A stretch of DNA of 64,000 nt from a virus (lineage: Duplodnaviria; Caudoviricetes): the IMG/VR virus record IMGVR_UViG_3300028048_003198, positions 5,903-69,902 of that record, one strand, 5' to 3'. Below, one piece after another: positions 20,714-29,230 of the stretch. The notes under the pieces were generated by a model. The model was not told where the DNA came from, searched no databases, and saw only the letters and a list, made by a program, of their open reading frames with translations. Every line of letters begins with the position of its first letter. Position 1 is the first letter of the stretch. The position numbers and the translations under genes are program-made.

Positions 20714-20917
20714 ATGAACGTAAAATCGAAAACCGAGGAATTGGGATTGCAGGCACTCTCTATTTATGAAGGGACGACAGAGTGTATTAAGAATGCAAAT
20801 TCAAAAGAGGACAAACAGTTGGTAAGGGAGTTGCTTAATACTATGGCATCGCAATTAAGCCTGCTTGAGGAGTATTATAAGCATCCTGAGAATATAGAAG
20901 ATGTTCCACATCTGTAA
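20714..20917 (+). CDS. small protein, candidate immunity protein for the MuF toxin
   Basis: 67 aa, starts 1 nt after the MuF stop and precedes the terminator; role inferred from position. Confidence 0.45.
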   Translation: MNVKSKTEELGLQALSIYEGTTECIKNANSKEDKQLVRELLNTMASQLSLLEEYYKHPENIEDVPHL

Positions 20918-21005
20918 TAACTGCGTCACAAGCGGATATTCCCATACATCCTACACACGAGAAAAATTTAGCCGATTCTCAGCGAGTTATTTTCGCAACC
21001 ATAAG

Positions 21006-21034
21006 CGCCATCCGGTACAGGGTGGCGTTTTTTT
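21006..21034 (+). terminator. intrinsic terminator
   Basis: CGCCATCC-GGTACA-GGGTGGCG followed by T7. Confidence 0.85.
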
Positions 21035-21046
21035 GTGTGCTTCCAT

Positions 21047-21237
21047 TGACAAAATCTATGCCAAACTTGGACCGTCAGGAATGCGATTTTTGGCCGTTTT
21101 TCAAAATGGCAACGACGCTTTGCAATTAGCACTTTTTCAGCATTTTATGCGGAAAAAATTTGGTCAAATGAAAAAAAATGACTAACTTTACACTGTCGTT
21201 AAGATAAATAATAAACCATTAAAAATAGAGAGTTATG
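21047..21237 (+). promoter_or_regulatory. promoter cassette copy D
   Basis: Near-identical to copy B, including the 5' part TGACAAAATCTATGCCAAACTTGGACCGTCAGGAATGCGATTTT. Confidence 0.9.
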
Positions 21238-22432
21238 CAAGCAATTCAATTGACAGTAGGTCAGGTAATCAAAGCTAAAAACGCCATCTGGCCGCAAGCT
21301 CCGGCAAAGGAGTACACCATCATTCAAGTAGCCGAGGAGATTGATCCGCAGATGTATTCTGACGGACTGCGTGGGTTGGCATGGGCTAAAGATAATGAGA
21401 CAGACGAACTCGCAGCGCTGACAGTTGACGAGGAGGACACCAAGAATTGGTATCGCGATGATTCGTTCTTTGACAACGGTTACCAAATCGCCTATCCGGA
21501 AGATATCGAGAAATACGAAATCTATCAGGATGAAGATGACATCTGGAAAGTAAGAATGCTGTAAGAAAGGAGGATCGATATATGTTTATAGTTCAATTCG
21601 ACTGCAAAGATGGTTCGCAGATGTTCTACGGAACGCTGAAAGGTGATTTCTTCGGAATACGCCACACGGAACACGCAACCAGATTCGAGACGAAGAAAGC
21701 GGCAGCTAAAGCAGCCGATGAGATTATGGCAAGTCCGCTCGGTAGTGGATTTGTTAGTTATGCAATAATTGAGAAAGGAGAATAAAGATGAGAATCAGTA
21801 AAGAAACATTAGAAGCGCTCCAGGCGCAGGGAATAAAAGTACGGTGGTATCCGGAAGAGACGTTCAAGGAGCATTGGGATAATTGCTACGAACAGCAGCG
21901 GAAAGGATATATCGACTATTATAAAGATACAGTAGGCGATAGATTAGGCGACTTGTTTAAGACAATGGCTGACCTCGAAAAACGAGCAGAGGAACACGCC
22001 GAGATGACAACAAACAGCAAGGCTCAAAATCTGTATGACGCTCCTGTCCTCTACGTTAGTTACGGGGATCGTACATTTGCAAAGAAAGAGAATGTCAAAA
22101 GCAGGGAGATAACAGTTGAGTACGTCCAGAAATTGGTGGAGCGCGATAAGAAAGCCTTCTCTGGTGCATACGGCGACTTTGCACGTAAGATGGAGCAGCT
22201 GCTGAAACGTAACGGCATCGGACGTAACCTCTGCATCTATCCGACCACTTATGGAATAGGCGTTTGGCTGTTCTACAACTTCTCCGCCGATGAGTGCATC
22301 AAGCGTGTGGACTCCATCTTAAACGAACAGGGCATTGAGTTCCGCAACGAGTACTCCGATGCACAATGGGTATGGCGGTACATCGTCAGCAAAGCAGAAG
22401 CCAATAGATTACGAATAGACAAAGCAGCATGA
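21235..22432 (+). CDS. three hypothetical genes of island 3 (21235-21564, 21582-21785, 21788-22432)
   Basis: ORFs downstream of cassette D. Confidence 0.65.
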
Positions 22433-22433
22433 T

Positions 22434-23231
22434 ATGAGAGAGGAAGAAAAACTTGGAGAGATGATAGCCAACCTCGACTACTCCAGATCGTTCTCGGATA
22501 ACTTCGACAGCTTCATAGCGTTCACGCTGTTTCCGTTCCTTGCTAATCCGGATAAGGATGATGTGGCAAATTACATGAGCCACCGCGAGGACGAAAGGTA
22601 CAGAAACGCGATGCTGAAACTCGGGGATATATCCGAGGGCTACCATGACGCGCTTGGCGATATCTTCATGGATCGTATCAGTCATGGCGCCAACGGACAG
22701 TTCTTCACTCCGGACTGTATTTGTGAGTTTATGGCTGGCATTCTTTCGCCGGAGGGAGAACATATATGCGACCCGTGCTGCGGCTCGGGTAGGCTGCTGC
22801 TGAAAGGCTTGCAGCGCTCACGCGAGAATAAGTTAGACCCGACAATCTACGGAGGCGACCTTGACCACCGTGCAGCACGCATGACGCTGCTAAACCTCTG
22901 CATGAACAGCGCAAGGGGCGATGTCGAATGGATTAACTCGCTGTCGAATGAGGTGTTCAAGACCTACCATATAGACCGCGTGAACCTGTATGGGAATTGG
23001 ATGTCCTATGTATGGCAGTACACTCCATCGACCGACATGGACGAACTGAACCGTCAACGGCAGGATGTCATAAGGCAACTGATGGAGGGCGGCGTTTGGT
23101 ACGAAAGGCAGTTCGAAGACCCGAAGAAACCAGCCGAGGTGCCGGAGCAGCCGCAAGCATCGCCGGAGGCCGTTGCTCCAATTCAGGAACCGAAGAGACA
23201 GCAGCCGGTCCAGTTGTCATTGTTTGATTGA
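22434..23231 (+). CDS. short N-6 DNA methylase-like protein (HsdM-type SAM-binding half)
   Basis: GQFFTP (motif X) and DPCCGSGRLL (motif I); no NPPY/F seen. Confidence 0.75.
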   Translation: MREEEKLGEMIANLDYSRSFSDNFDSFIAFTLFPFLANPDKDDVANYMSHREDERYRNAMLKLGDISEGYHDALGDIFMDRISHGANGQFFTPDCICEFMAGILSPEGEHICDPCCGSGRLLLKGLQRSRENKLDPTIYGGDLDHRAARMTLLNLCMNSARGDVEWINSLSNEVFKTYHIDRVNLYGNWMSYVWQYTPSTDMDELNRQRQDVIRQLMEGGVWYERQFEDPKKPAEVPEQPQASPEAVAPIQEPKRQQPVQLSLFD

Positions 23232-23247
23232 TAAAAATGTATAAGAT

Positions 23248-23799
23248 ATGAAGAATACAAAGATTTTTGAGACGATCCGTCAGCAGGCTATCGAGTTCAA
23301 TGCGCTGCTGATCCGACAGAAAGCAGACAGCGAACGTCTGGAAACCATGTTCTATAAAGCATGGAAGGCTGATCCGTCCGACAAATCAAAAGAGGTTGCG
23401 TTTCACCTGCAATGCGATAAGACGCGGCAGCTGGAAGATCGCATCCTGAATAACAAGCCGTATATGGGAGAGCGTTGGTATATGACGGAGTATCTGCACT
23501 CTGATGCGCACGCTTACGAGGTGCTTGAGGTCTATAGTCGTGACCGGATGGATGTCCGTAGGCTAAAGGCCACCGAGAAGCCGGAAGCGCGAGAGGCACG
23601 CCTGGCATCGTTCATTCCGGGTGGGTTCGTCGGCAACTTCGATAACAGTCTTCAAGAATGGACGTTCGAGAGCGATGAGAGTAACCCGATCCTTACGGTT
23701 CGTCGGCACAAGAACGGCAATTTCTACCGACCGGGAACGAGGACATGTCCGTTCGTTATGCGCGATGCGCCGTACGAGCACTATGATTTCAATTTTTAG
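23248..23799 (+). CDS. hypothetical protein
   Basis: 183-aa ORF, last gene of island 3. Confidence 0.65.
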   Translation: MKNTKIFETIRQQAIEFNALLIRQKADSERLETMFYKAWKADPSDKSKEVAFHLQCDKTRQLEDRILNNKPYMGERWYMTEYLHSDAHAYEVLEVYSRDRMDVRRLKATEKPEAREARLASFIPGGFVGNFDNSLQEWTFESDESNPILTVRRHKNGNFYRPGTRTCPFVMRDAPYEHYDFNF

Positions 23800-23878
23800 T
23801 TTGAAAATTGAAGAATATAGTAGAAAAATAGACGAAAATAGTGAAAAAATGAAGAAAATCGCAATTTTTTGTCAAAAT

Positions 23879-23912
23879 TGTTTGGTAATTAAACAAAAAA
23901 GTTGTACCTTTG
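23879..23912 (+). promoter_or_regulatory. promoter with a degenerate operator (TGTTTGGTAATTAAACA)
   Basis: TTTG 23881-23884, 20-nt spacer, TACCTTTG 23905-23912; ATG only 4 nt downstream, so probably leaderless. Confidence 0.75.
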
Positions 23913-23916
23913 CAGC

Positions 23917-24363
23917 ATGAAAATTTTTACGTCGTATTTCGGCAACGTTGCAACGCTCAAGAAATGTGGTGTTCACCCTATCAGCATAGCGCGTTGGTCG
24001 CCGAGAGGTTGGGACGGTGACAGATTGACTTGGTTGGCTCCTACGGTCTATATGCTAAAGGAAGCATCTCACGAAGAGTACGTGAGGATGTATCAGGATA
24101 TCTGTCGAGGTGTGAACATTGAATGGCTTATTCGTCAACTGAGCATGATGGCTGGTGGAAAGGATGTAGCGCTTCTGTGCTATGAGCGTCCAAATGAGTT
24201 CTGTCATCGCCACATGCTTGCTGAGTACCTTACCGACCACGGAATTAAAGTCACAGAGTTTAATGAGTGGGAGTACGTTCAGCAGCAGGCCCAGGCGCAA
24301 TCGGCGGCTCCAACACCTCCACCGCCGGAGCGCAAGGAGCCTGAACAGTTGACCTTGTTTTAG
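23917..24363 (+). CDS. DUF488-family protein
   Basis: MKIFTSYFGN...ISIARWSP...LAPT...LLCYERPNEFCHRH. Confidence 0.7.
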   Translation: MKIFTSYFGNVATLKKCGVHPISIARWSPRGWDGDRLTWLAPTVYMLKEASHEEYVRMYQDICRGVNIEWLIRQLSMMAGGKDVALLCYERPNEFCHRHMLAEYLTDHGIKVTEFNEWEYVQQQAQAQSAAPTPPPPERKEPEQLTLF

Positions 24364-24441
24364 TCGAGGCGCATATCGGCTAACAGAGTGTGCGATCAAA
24401 ATACTTTCATAGAGAGATATAGGGCGATGCGCCGCCCGTCT

Positions 24442-24512
24442 GCGCGAACAGCATGGCGAACATGCGCTTACCTGCCGGGTAGGAGATGTGGGTTTAACTC
24501 CTGCTTCGCGCT
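24442..24512 (+). tRNA. divergent tRNA-Gly(GCC)-like element
   Basis: Acceptor GCGCGAA/TTCGCGC, D arm GCAT/ATGC, anticodon arm CTTAC-CTGCCGG-GTAGG, T arm GTGGG-TTTAACT-CCTGC, U73; non-canonical C8, D loop and T loop; no encoded CCA. Confidence 0.65.
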
Positions 24513-24598
24513 CAAGTCACGAGGCGCATCTTGTGAATAAGTAGTATCTGATTGAAATAGTATATGGGTGGAGGCAATGCGCTGCCGAAGCCCTATCT

Positions 24599-24671
24599 GC
24601 GGGGAAAGCATGACGAAACATGCGCGTCTCACACCCGAGACGAGAAGTTGGTGGAAGTCCAACTCCCCGCT
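24599..24671 (+). ncRNA. second tRNA-like cloverleaf with an aberrant anticodon loop
   Basis: Acceptor GCGGGGA/TCCCCGC, D arm GCATG-ACGAAA-CATGC, stem CGTCTC-ACACCC-GAGACG, T arm GTTGG-TGGAAGT-CCAAC, U73. Confidence 0.55.
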
Positions 24672-24686
24672 CTATTTTGAACAGAT

Positions 24687-26723
24687 ATGGAATTAGAACT
24701 TTTGCAAAGAACTTTCGGACTGGAGATAGAACTCTCCGATATGGATAAGTCGCAGGTAAAAATGCCGAGCGGCTATTCTTGGGATGAAGAAGAGGTTATC
24801 CATAATACGAACGGCACACGTGGTACCGTGACCTATCGCTATGGTGGTGAGATAAATACGCCTCCGCTGCTTCCGACCGAAGAGAGTTATGCCGAACTCC
24901 GATCCATCCTTGAGAGTTGCAAAGCAGCCGGAGCCATCGCGCGTCGCGACTGCGGTCTGCAAGTACACATCTATATCGGCGATCTGACAGTAGAAGAGGT
25001 AAAGCGTATCTATGCGCTTAGTTACTATTGTACGGATGTGCTCAAGCAGATTTGCTACCTGCCTCCGTATAGCGATGATCAGCGCTATCGCCCGGCACCG
25101 ACTATGGATATCTTCGAGCGCGCTATGCAGGCTGATAGTTTCGATGCTATGCGCCGTGTCTTTGAAAACTCCCAGAATAAAGGCTACGTCCGTCATTTTG
25201 TCAATGTAGCATCGTATTTCGTACGCAAGACGGTTGAGTTCCGTCTGTTCAATACGACTACAGACTGGGATGAGATGCAAGCCTGCATCGAGTTCGCGTA
25301 TCGCTTCGTGGATTACGCGCTTACGCACACGCTGGATGACTTTAAGTCTCTTTGTACCAGTGAAGTGTTTGAATATCAAACAAAAGTGCCGACAAACCTG
25401 CCGAAGCTGCCGGATTCTCTGATCTTCTTTAGCAGCGTTCGGGATATGGATAAAGGTATCACGATGCACGAGCAGGTGGACCTGAGCAGTTATTTCGTGA
25501 ACATGCTGTGCGAAAACAGCGGTCAAGAGATCGTCTGCGTCAATCCTCATATGTACTCACTTGAGACGAAGTTGAGCGCCTATAAGAAGATCGTTCTGTA
25601 TGTGAATGACGGTTTCCATCACACATTGTATAGAATAGTGCGCGAGGGCGTGCGCATATGCTATACAGGAAAAGCGGAGTTCTTGCAGGGCTTCAATGCG
25701 GACGATCCGGTTAAGCAGGTTGCGTGTCTGATGGTGTTCCATCGCATACGCAAGTTCCTGCGTGATGGCGAGTATTACGAGCAACGCCTCCAGTCGTACA
25801 AGGAGAGTCTGGTTTCGACGATGGAGAATGCGTATAGCGCATCAGAGCGCTTGGTTAAGATGCTTTCCGAAGCAGAGTACCACGTAGGCACACTGAACGA
25901 CGCTATAGCACGCGGTGGCGATATTTTCTTCCAGTTCGATGACTATTCGAAATACCGCAGTACGTTCAATTCTTTGCGCGAAAACTCGGATTTTGACGAG
26001 CAGTACGAGCGCATGGAAACAAACTATTACGAGGTGCAGAATAATCTGCCTAAAGGCACGAAATTGATGCTTGTGAGCACGTTCCCCTATCATAACATGG
26101 AGAAGATAGGAAAGATAGGCAGCAAGATCTTCTACTCGACGCAGCGCGCAAAGAGCGGAGTTATTCAGGATAGCAAGAAACCCGAGTTCCTGACATTCAA
26201 GGAGCCGCCCGATGATCTGGTTATCGATGATCCCGATAGACTGCATATTTGCAATGTAAAGAGCGGCGAACTGCTGAAAGCACAGAAGCAGTACGTAGTC
26301 AAGGTGGAGAAAGTGAGCGGATGCCGATTCGGCTACTTTGTGTTCTACGATGATTACCTGCTTGGTGGCTTCGGCTTCGACTATCCGAAAAACCAAGCGT
26401 ACGATATTTGGCTGCTGTCTGATTTCTCGACTAACAACCGCGTGCCGCGTCTGTCGAAACTCATCCTTTTATGCGTGAAGAGCGCGATGGTAAGACGTTC
26501 GCTATGCCGAAAGATGAGCAACGTAATCAATACGTGTTATACGAAAGTATATACGCATGAGCCTGTAAGTAGTAAGTATCGTGGTCCGTTCAAGAAAGTC
26601 AGCAGAGAGTCCAATCACCTGTTGTACGAAACGACACTCGGAACATTGGGTGGCAAGGATGAGATTATTGCGAAGTATAAACAAATCATAAACAATATGA
26701 ATCATGAGCAAAACAAATCCTAA
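24687..26723 (+). CDS. amidoligase (COOH-NH2 ligase) domain fused to an unassigned ~430-aa C-terminal region
   Basis: RTFGLEIE, GGEINTP, CGLQVHI, TVEFRLFNTT motifs in the N-terminal ~240 aa. Confidence 0.8.
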   Translation: MELELLQRTFGLEIELSDMDKSQVKMPSGYSWDEEEVIHNTNGTRGTVTYRYGGEINTPPLLPTEESYAELRSILESCKAAGAIARRDCGLQVHIYIGDLTVEEVKRIYALSYYCTDVLKQICYLPPYSDDQRYRPAPTMDIFERAMQADSFDAMRRVFENSQNKGYVRHFVNVASYFVRKTVEFRLFNTTTDWDEMQACIEFAYRFVDYALTHTLDDFKSLCTSEVFEYQTKVPTNLPKLPDSLIFFSSVRDMDKGITMHEQVDLSSYFVNMLCENSGQEIVCVNPHMYSLETKLSAYKKIVLYVNDGFHHTLYRIVREGVRICYTGKAEFLQGFNADDPVKQVACLMVFHRIRKFLRDGEYYEQRLQSYKESLVSTMENAYSASERLVKMLSEAEYHVGTLNDAIARGGDIFFQFDDYSKYRSTFNSLRENSDFDEQYERMETNYYEVQNNLPKGTKLMLVSTFPYHNMEKIGKIGSKIFYSTQRAKSGVIQDSKKPEFLTFKEPPDDLVIDDPDRLHICNVKSGELLKAQKQYVVKVEKVSGCRFGYFVFYDDYLLGGFGFDYPKNQAYDIWLLSDFSTNNRVPRLSKLILLCVKSAMVRRSLCRKMSNVINTCYTKVYTHEPVSSKYRGPFKKVSRESNHLLYETTLGTLGGKDEIIAKYKQIINNMNHEQNKS

Positions 26724-27426
26724 AGAGAGTCAAGTAGCGCCTCGGAAATGGAAGATCGCGGAAGTCGAAGTCACTCAGTTGGTAGAGACGGAGGTTAACG
26801 CGAATGAGATGACAGATGAGGAATACCAGCGCCTTGTAGAGAATGTCCGCATAACAGGTGGATTGAGCAGCGCGATATCGTGCTATCAGCGCGAGAGCGA
26901 TGGTAAGTTTGTCATCATCAATGGCAATCACCGCTTACGCGCTGCTATCGAGAATCGCCTGCGCGTCGTGCCTATCGTCTATGCAGACGAAAGCATGATG
27001 TCGAAAGACGAGAAGTTGGCTTTGCAGATTTCGCATAACTCGCTGCACGGAAGCCACAATCGCAGTATTTTGAAGCGCTTGTTTGATGAGATTCAGTCGA
27101 TCGATTTTAAGCAGGCTGCATTCATCGACGTTAGCGAGATAGAGCCGATCGACACATCCGGCGTAGGTTTTACGATGGAGAGCGAGCACTATTCCGTATC
27201 GCTTGTGCTGTACAGGAAAGACTTTGATCTGCTGAAAGACCTGCTTGGAGTGGTTGCGGAGAAGCAGCCTGTATCTGATCTGGTGATGCTGGCCGACGGA
27301 AAAGAGAATGAGGACGAGTATCTTAAACTGCTGTCCGCTATCCGTCAAAAGTACGATATACGTAGTGTGAACATCGCTTTCTCAAAGATTCTTGAGTTGG
27401 CAAAAAAACAGATGGCAAATGAATAA
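26704..27426 (+). CDS. ParB/Srx N-terminal domain protein
   Basis: NANEM...YQRLVENV...FVIINGNHRLRAA. Confidence 0.85.
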   Translation: MSKTNPKESQVAPRKWKIAEVEVTQLVETEVNANEMTDEEYQRLVENVRITGGLSSAISCYQRESDGKFVIINGNHRLRAAIENRLRVVPIVYADESMMSKDEKLALQISHNSLHGSHNRSILKRLFDEIQSIDFKQAAFIDVSEIEPIDTSGVGFTMESEHYSVSLVLYRKDFDLLKDLLGVVAEKQPVSDLVMLADGKENEDEYLKLLSAIRQKYDIRSVNIAFSKILELAKKQMANE

Positions 27427-28729
27427 GGTTACTATTGGTATATTGAGGGAAACGAAAATCCCAGTTGACAATCGCGTGCCGTTTACGCCCACGTCTATTG
27501 CTCGGATAAAGGAGTTATATCCGAACATCCGTTTTGTCGTAGAGTCGAGCGATGTACGCGCTTTTAAGGACGCAGAATACGAGGCTGTAGGCTGCGAGAT
27601 AGTTCGCGATCTGGTACCGTCTGCGTGCGACTTGATGTTTGGTGTTAAGGAGGTAGCCTTGGATCACCTGCATCCGTATGGTCATTATGTCTTCTTCTCG
27701 CATATCGCCAAGGAGCAGCCGTACAATCGTGAGTTGGCAAACCGTATGCACGAGTTAGGCATCACGCTTACCGATTATGAGTACCTTGTTAACCACGAGG
27801 GCAAGCGTATCGTTGCGTTCGGCTTCTGGGCTGGTGTGGTAGGTTGCTATAACACGCTGAGGCTTGCAGGCTTGAAGAGCAGAAAGTATACTCTGCCGGA
27901 AGCCAATCCGGACACGTTCACTCTTGACGAACTCGAAAAGGCTATCAAGGAGAATGCCAAGGCAATCAGAGAATCGCACATGCGCATCCTGATCACCGGA
28001 ACTGGTAATGTGTCCGAGGGCGCTCAATACGTACTGCATCAATTAGTAGGCATGATTAGCGTGCATGTAGATGTATTCAAGCATGTAGTTGACAGATTTG
28101 GCTCGTACTATGCTGTTGCCGGAACGAAAGACCTTGTGAAGAGTAAGTTCGGCGATGGCTATAAGCGTGAGTCGTTCCACTCACACCCAGAGCGGTACTG
28201 CAGCCGCTTCGATGAGTTTGCACCGAAGACAGATGTTCTGATCTGCTGTCATTCGTGGGAGCCTGGTATGCCGGAGTATCTTACGCCTGAACTTGCGTTC
28301 AGCGATAAGAGCGCCATCAAGATAGTCGGCGATATCACCTGCGATATCCGTGGAAGCATCTGCACTACGCTCCGGCCGTCCACACACGATGATCCGTTCT
28401 ATGGAGTACGAATGGAGAAAACAGTAAGACACACAGAAGGTGGTCTGGTCGAGGAAGAGCGTCGCCGCTTGGAAGAGTGTGCGGCATGGTGCCCTGACTG
28501 TATATCCGTGATGGCCGTCGATACGTGCCCGAACGCGATACCGAGAGAGTCAAGCGAAGATTTCTCGCATCAACTGGAGATGAGTATCGTGACATGGATG
28601 GCGCACAAGAATGATCCGGAGAATCCGTGCCGTTACGCGCAACAGCAGATAGATGACGCTACGATCTTACGCGAGGGTGTGGTAACGGAGAAATTCGCAT
28701 ATCTGGAGGACTTTGTATATAATGGCTAA
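27419..28729 (+). CDS. saccharopine dehydrogenase / lysine-ketoglutarate reductase-like oxidoreductase (AlaDh/PNT family)
   Basis: IGILRETK.P.DNRVP, GVKEV, FFSHIAKEQPYN, DYE, GFWAGVVG, GTGNVSEGA, DITCD..GSI, MAVDTCP. Confidence 0.88.
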   Translation: MNKVTIGILRETKIPVDNRVPFTPTSIARIKELYPNIRFVVESSDVRAFKDAEYEAVGCEIVRDLVPSACDLMFGVKEVALDHLHPYGHYVFFSHIAKEQPYNRELANRMHELGITLTDYEYLVNHEGKRIVAFGFWAGVVGCYNTLRLAGLKSRKYTLPEANPDTFTLDELEKAIKENAKAIRESHMRILITGTGNVSEGAQYVLHQLVGMISVHVDVFKHVVDRFGSYYAVAGTKDLVKSKFGDGYKRESFHSHPERYCSRFDEFAPKTDVLICCHSWEPGMPEYLTPELAFSDKSAIKIVGDITCDIRGSICTTLRPSTHDDPFYGVRMEKTVRHTEGGLVEEERRRLEECAAWCPDCISVMAVDTCPNAIPRESSEDFSHQLEMSIVTWMAHKNDPENPCRYAQQQIDDATILREGVVTEKFAYLEDFVYNG

Positions 28730-29222
28730 GAAGAATACAGATAGTACTAAGACTAAGGCGGTAGGCAAAAAGCCTGCTGCCAAGTCTGCTGCATCCAAGC
28801 CGAAAGCAAAGCGTAGGGAAACACCCGAACAGTTAGCAAAGCGCAAAGAGAAAGAGAGAAAGACAGTTGAAGCGCGCATCGCAGAGCAGAAGAAGTTGTT
28901 TCTGTCTATCTTCGAGAAGAAAGGTGGTAACCCTACATCATCGTGCATAGCTGCAGGCATAGGTCGCTCCACGTATTACGCATGGCTCGAAAGCGATAAA
29001 GAGTTTGCTGAGGCCGTGCATAATGTCAAGGAGTCGCTGATAGATATGGCAGAGTCCAAGTTGCTTGAGAGTATTCAGGGCGGCAATCTGACTGCAACCA
29101 TTTTCTATTTGAAGACGCAGGGCAAAGATCGTGGATATGTAGAGCGCACCGAGCAGGATGTAAACGTGAACGAGTTCATGGACGCTATGCGTGGGCTACC
29201 TGATCCACCGGAAGAGGTGTAA
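28722..29222 (+). CDS. terS: terminase small subunit
   Basis: HTH (AGIGRSTYYAW), DMAESKLL...ATIFYLKTQGKDRGYVER; directly precedes terL. Confidence 0.8.
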   Translation: MAKKNTDSTKTKAVGKKPAAKSAASKPKAKRRETPEQLAKRKEKERKTVEARIAEQKKLFLSIFEKKGGNPTSSCIAAGIGRSTYYAWLESDKEFAEAVHNVKESLIDMAESKLLESIQGGNLTATIFYLKTQGKDRGYVERTEQDVNVNEFMDAMRGLPDPPEEV

Positions 29223-29230
29223 AATGAGCA

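Noticed and set aside
24623-24642. Idea that the second tRNA-like element (loop containing ACCC) is a quadruplet suppressor reading GGGU and rescuing the G9 methyltransferase frameshift
   Set aside because: GGGT-ATT would restore the frame, but ACCC is not centred in the loop and the D and T loops look unfit for ribosomal use, so it is most likely coincidence
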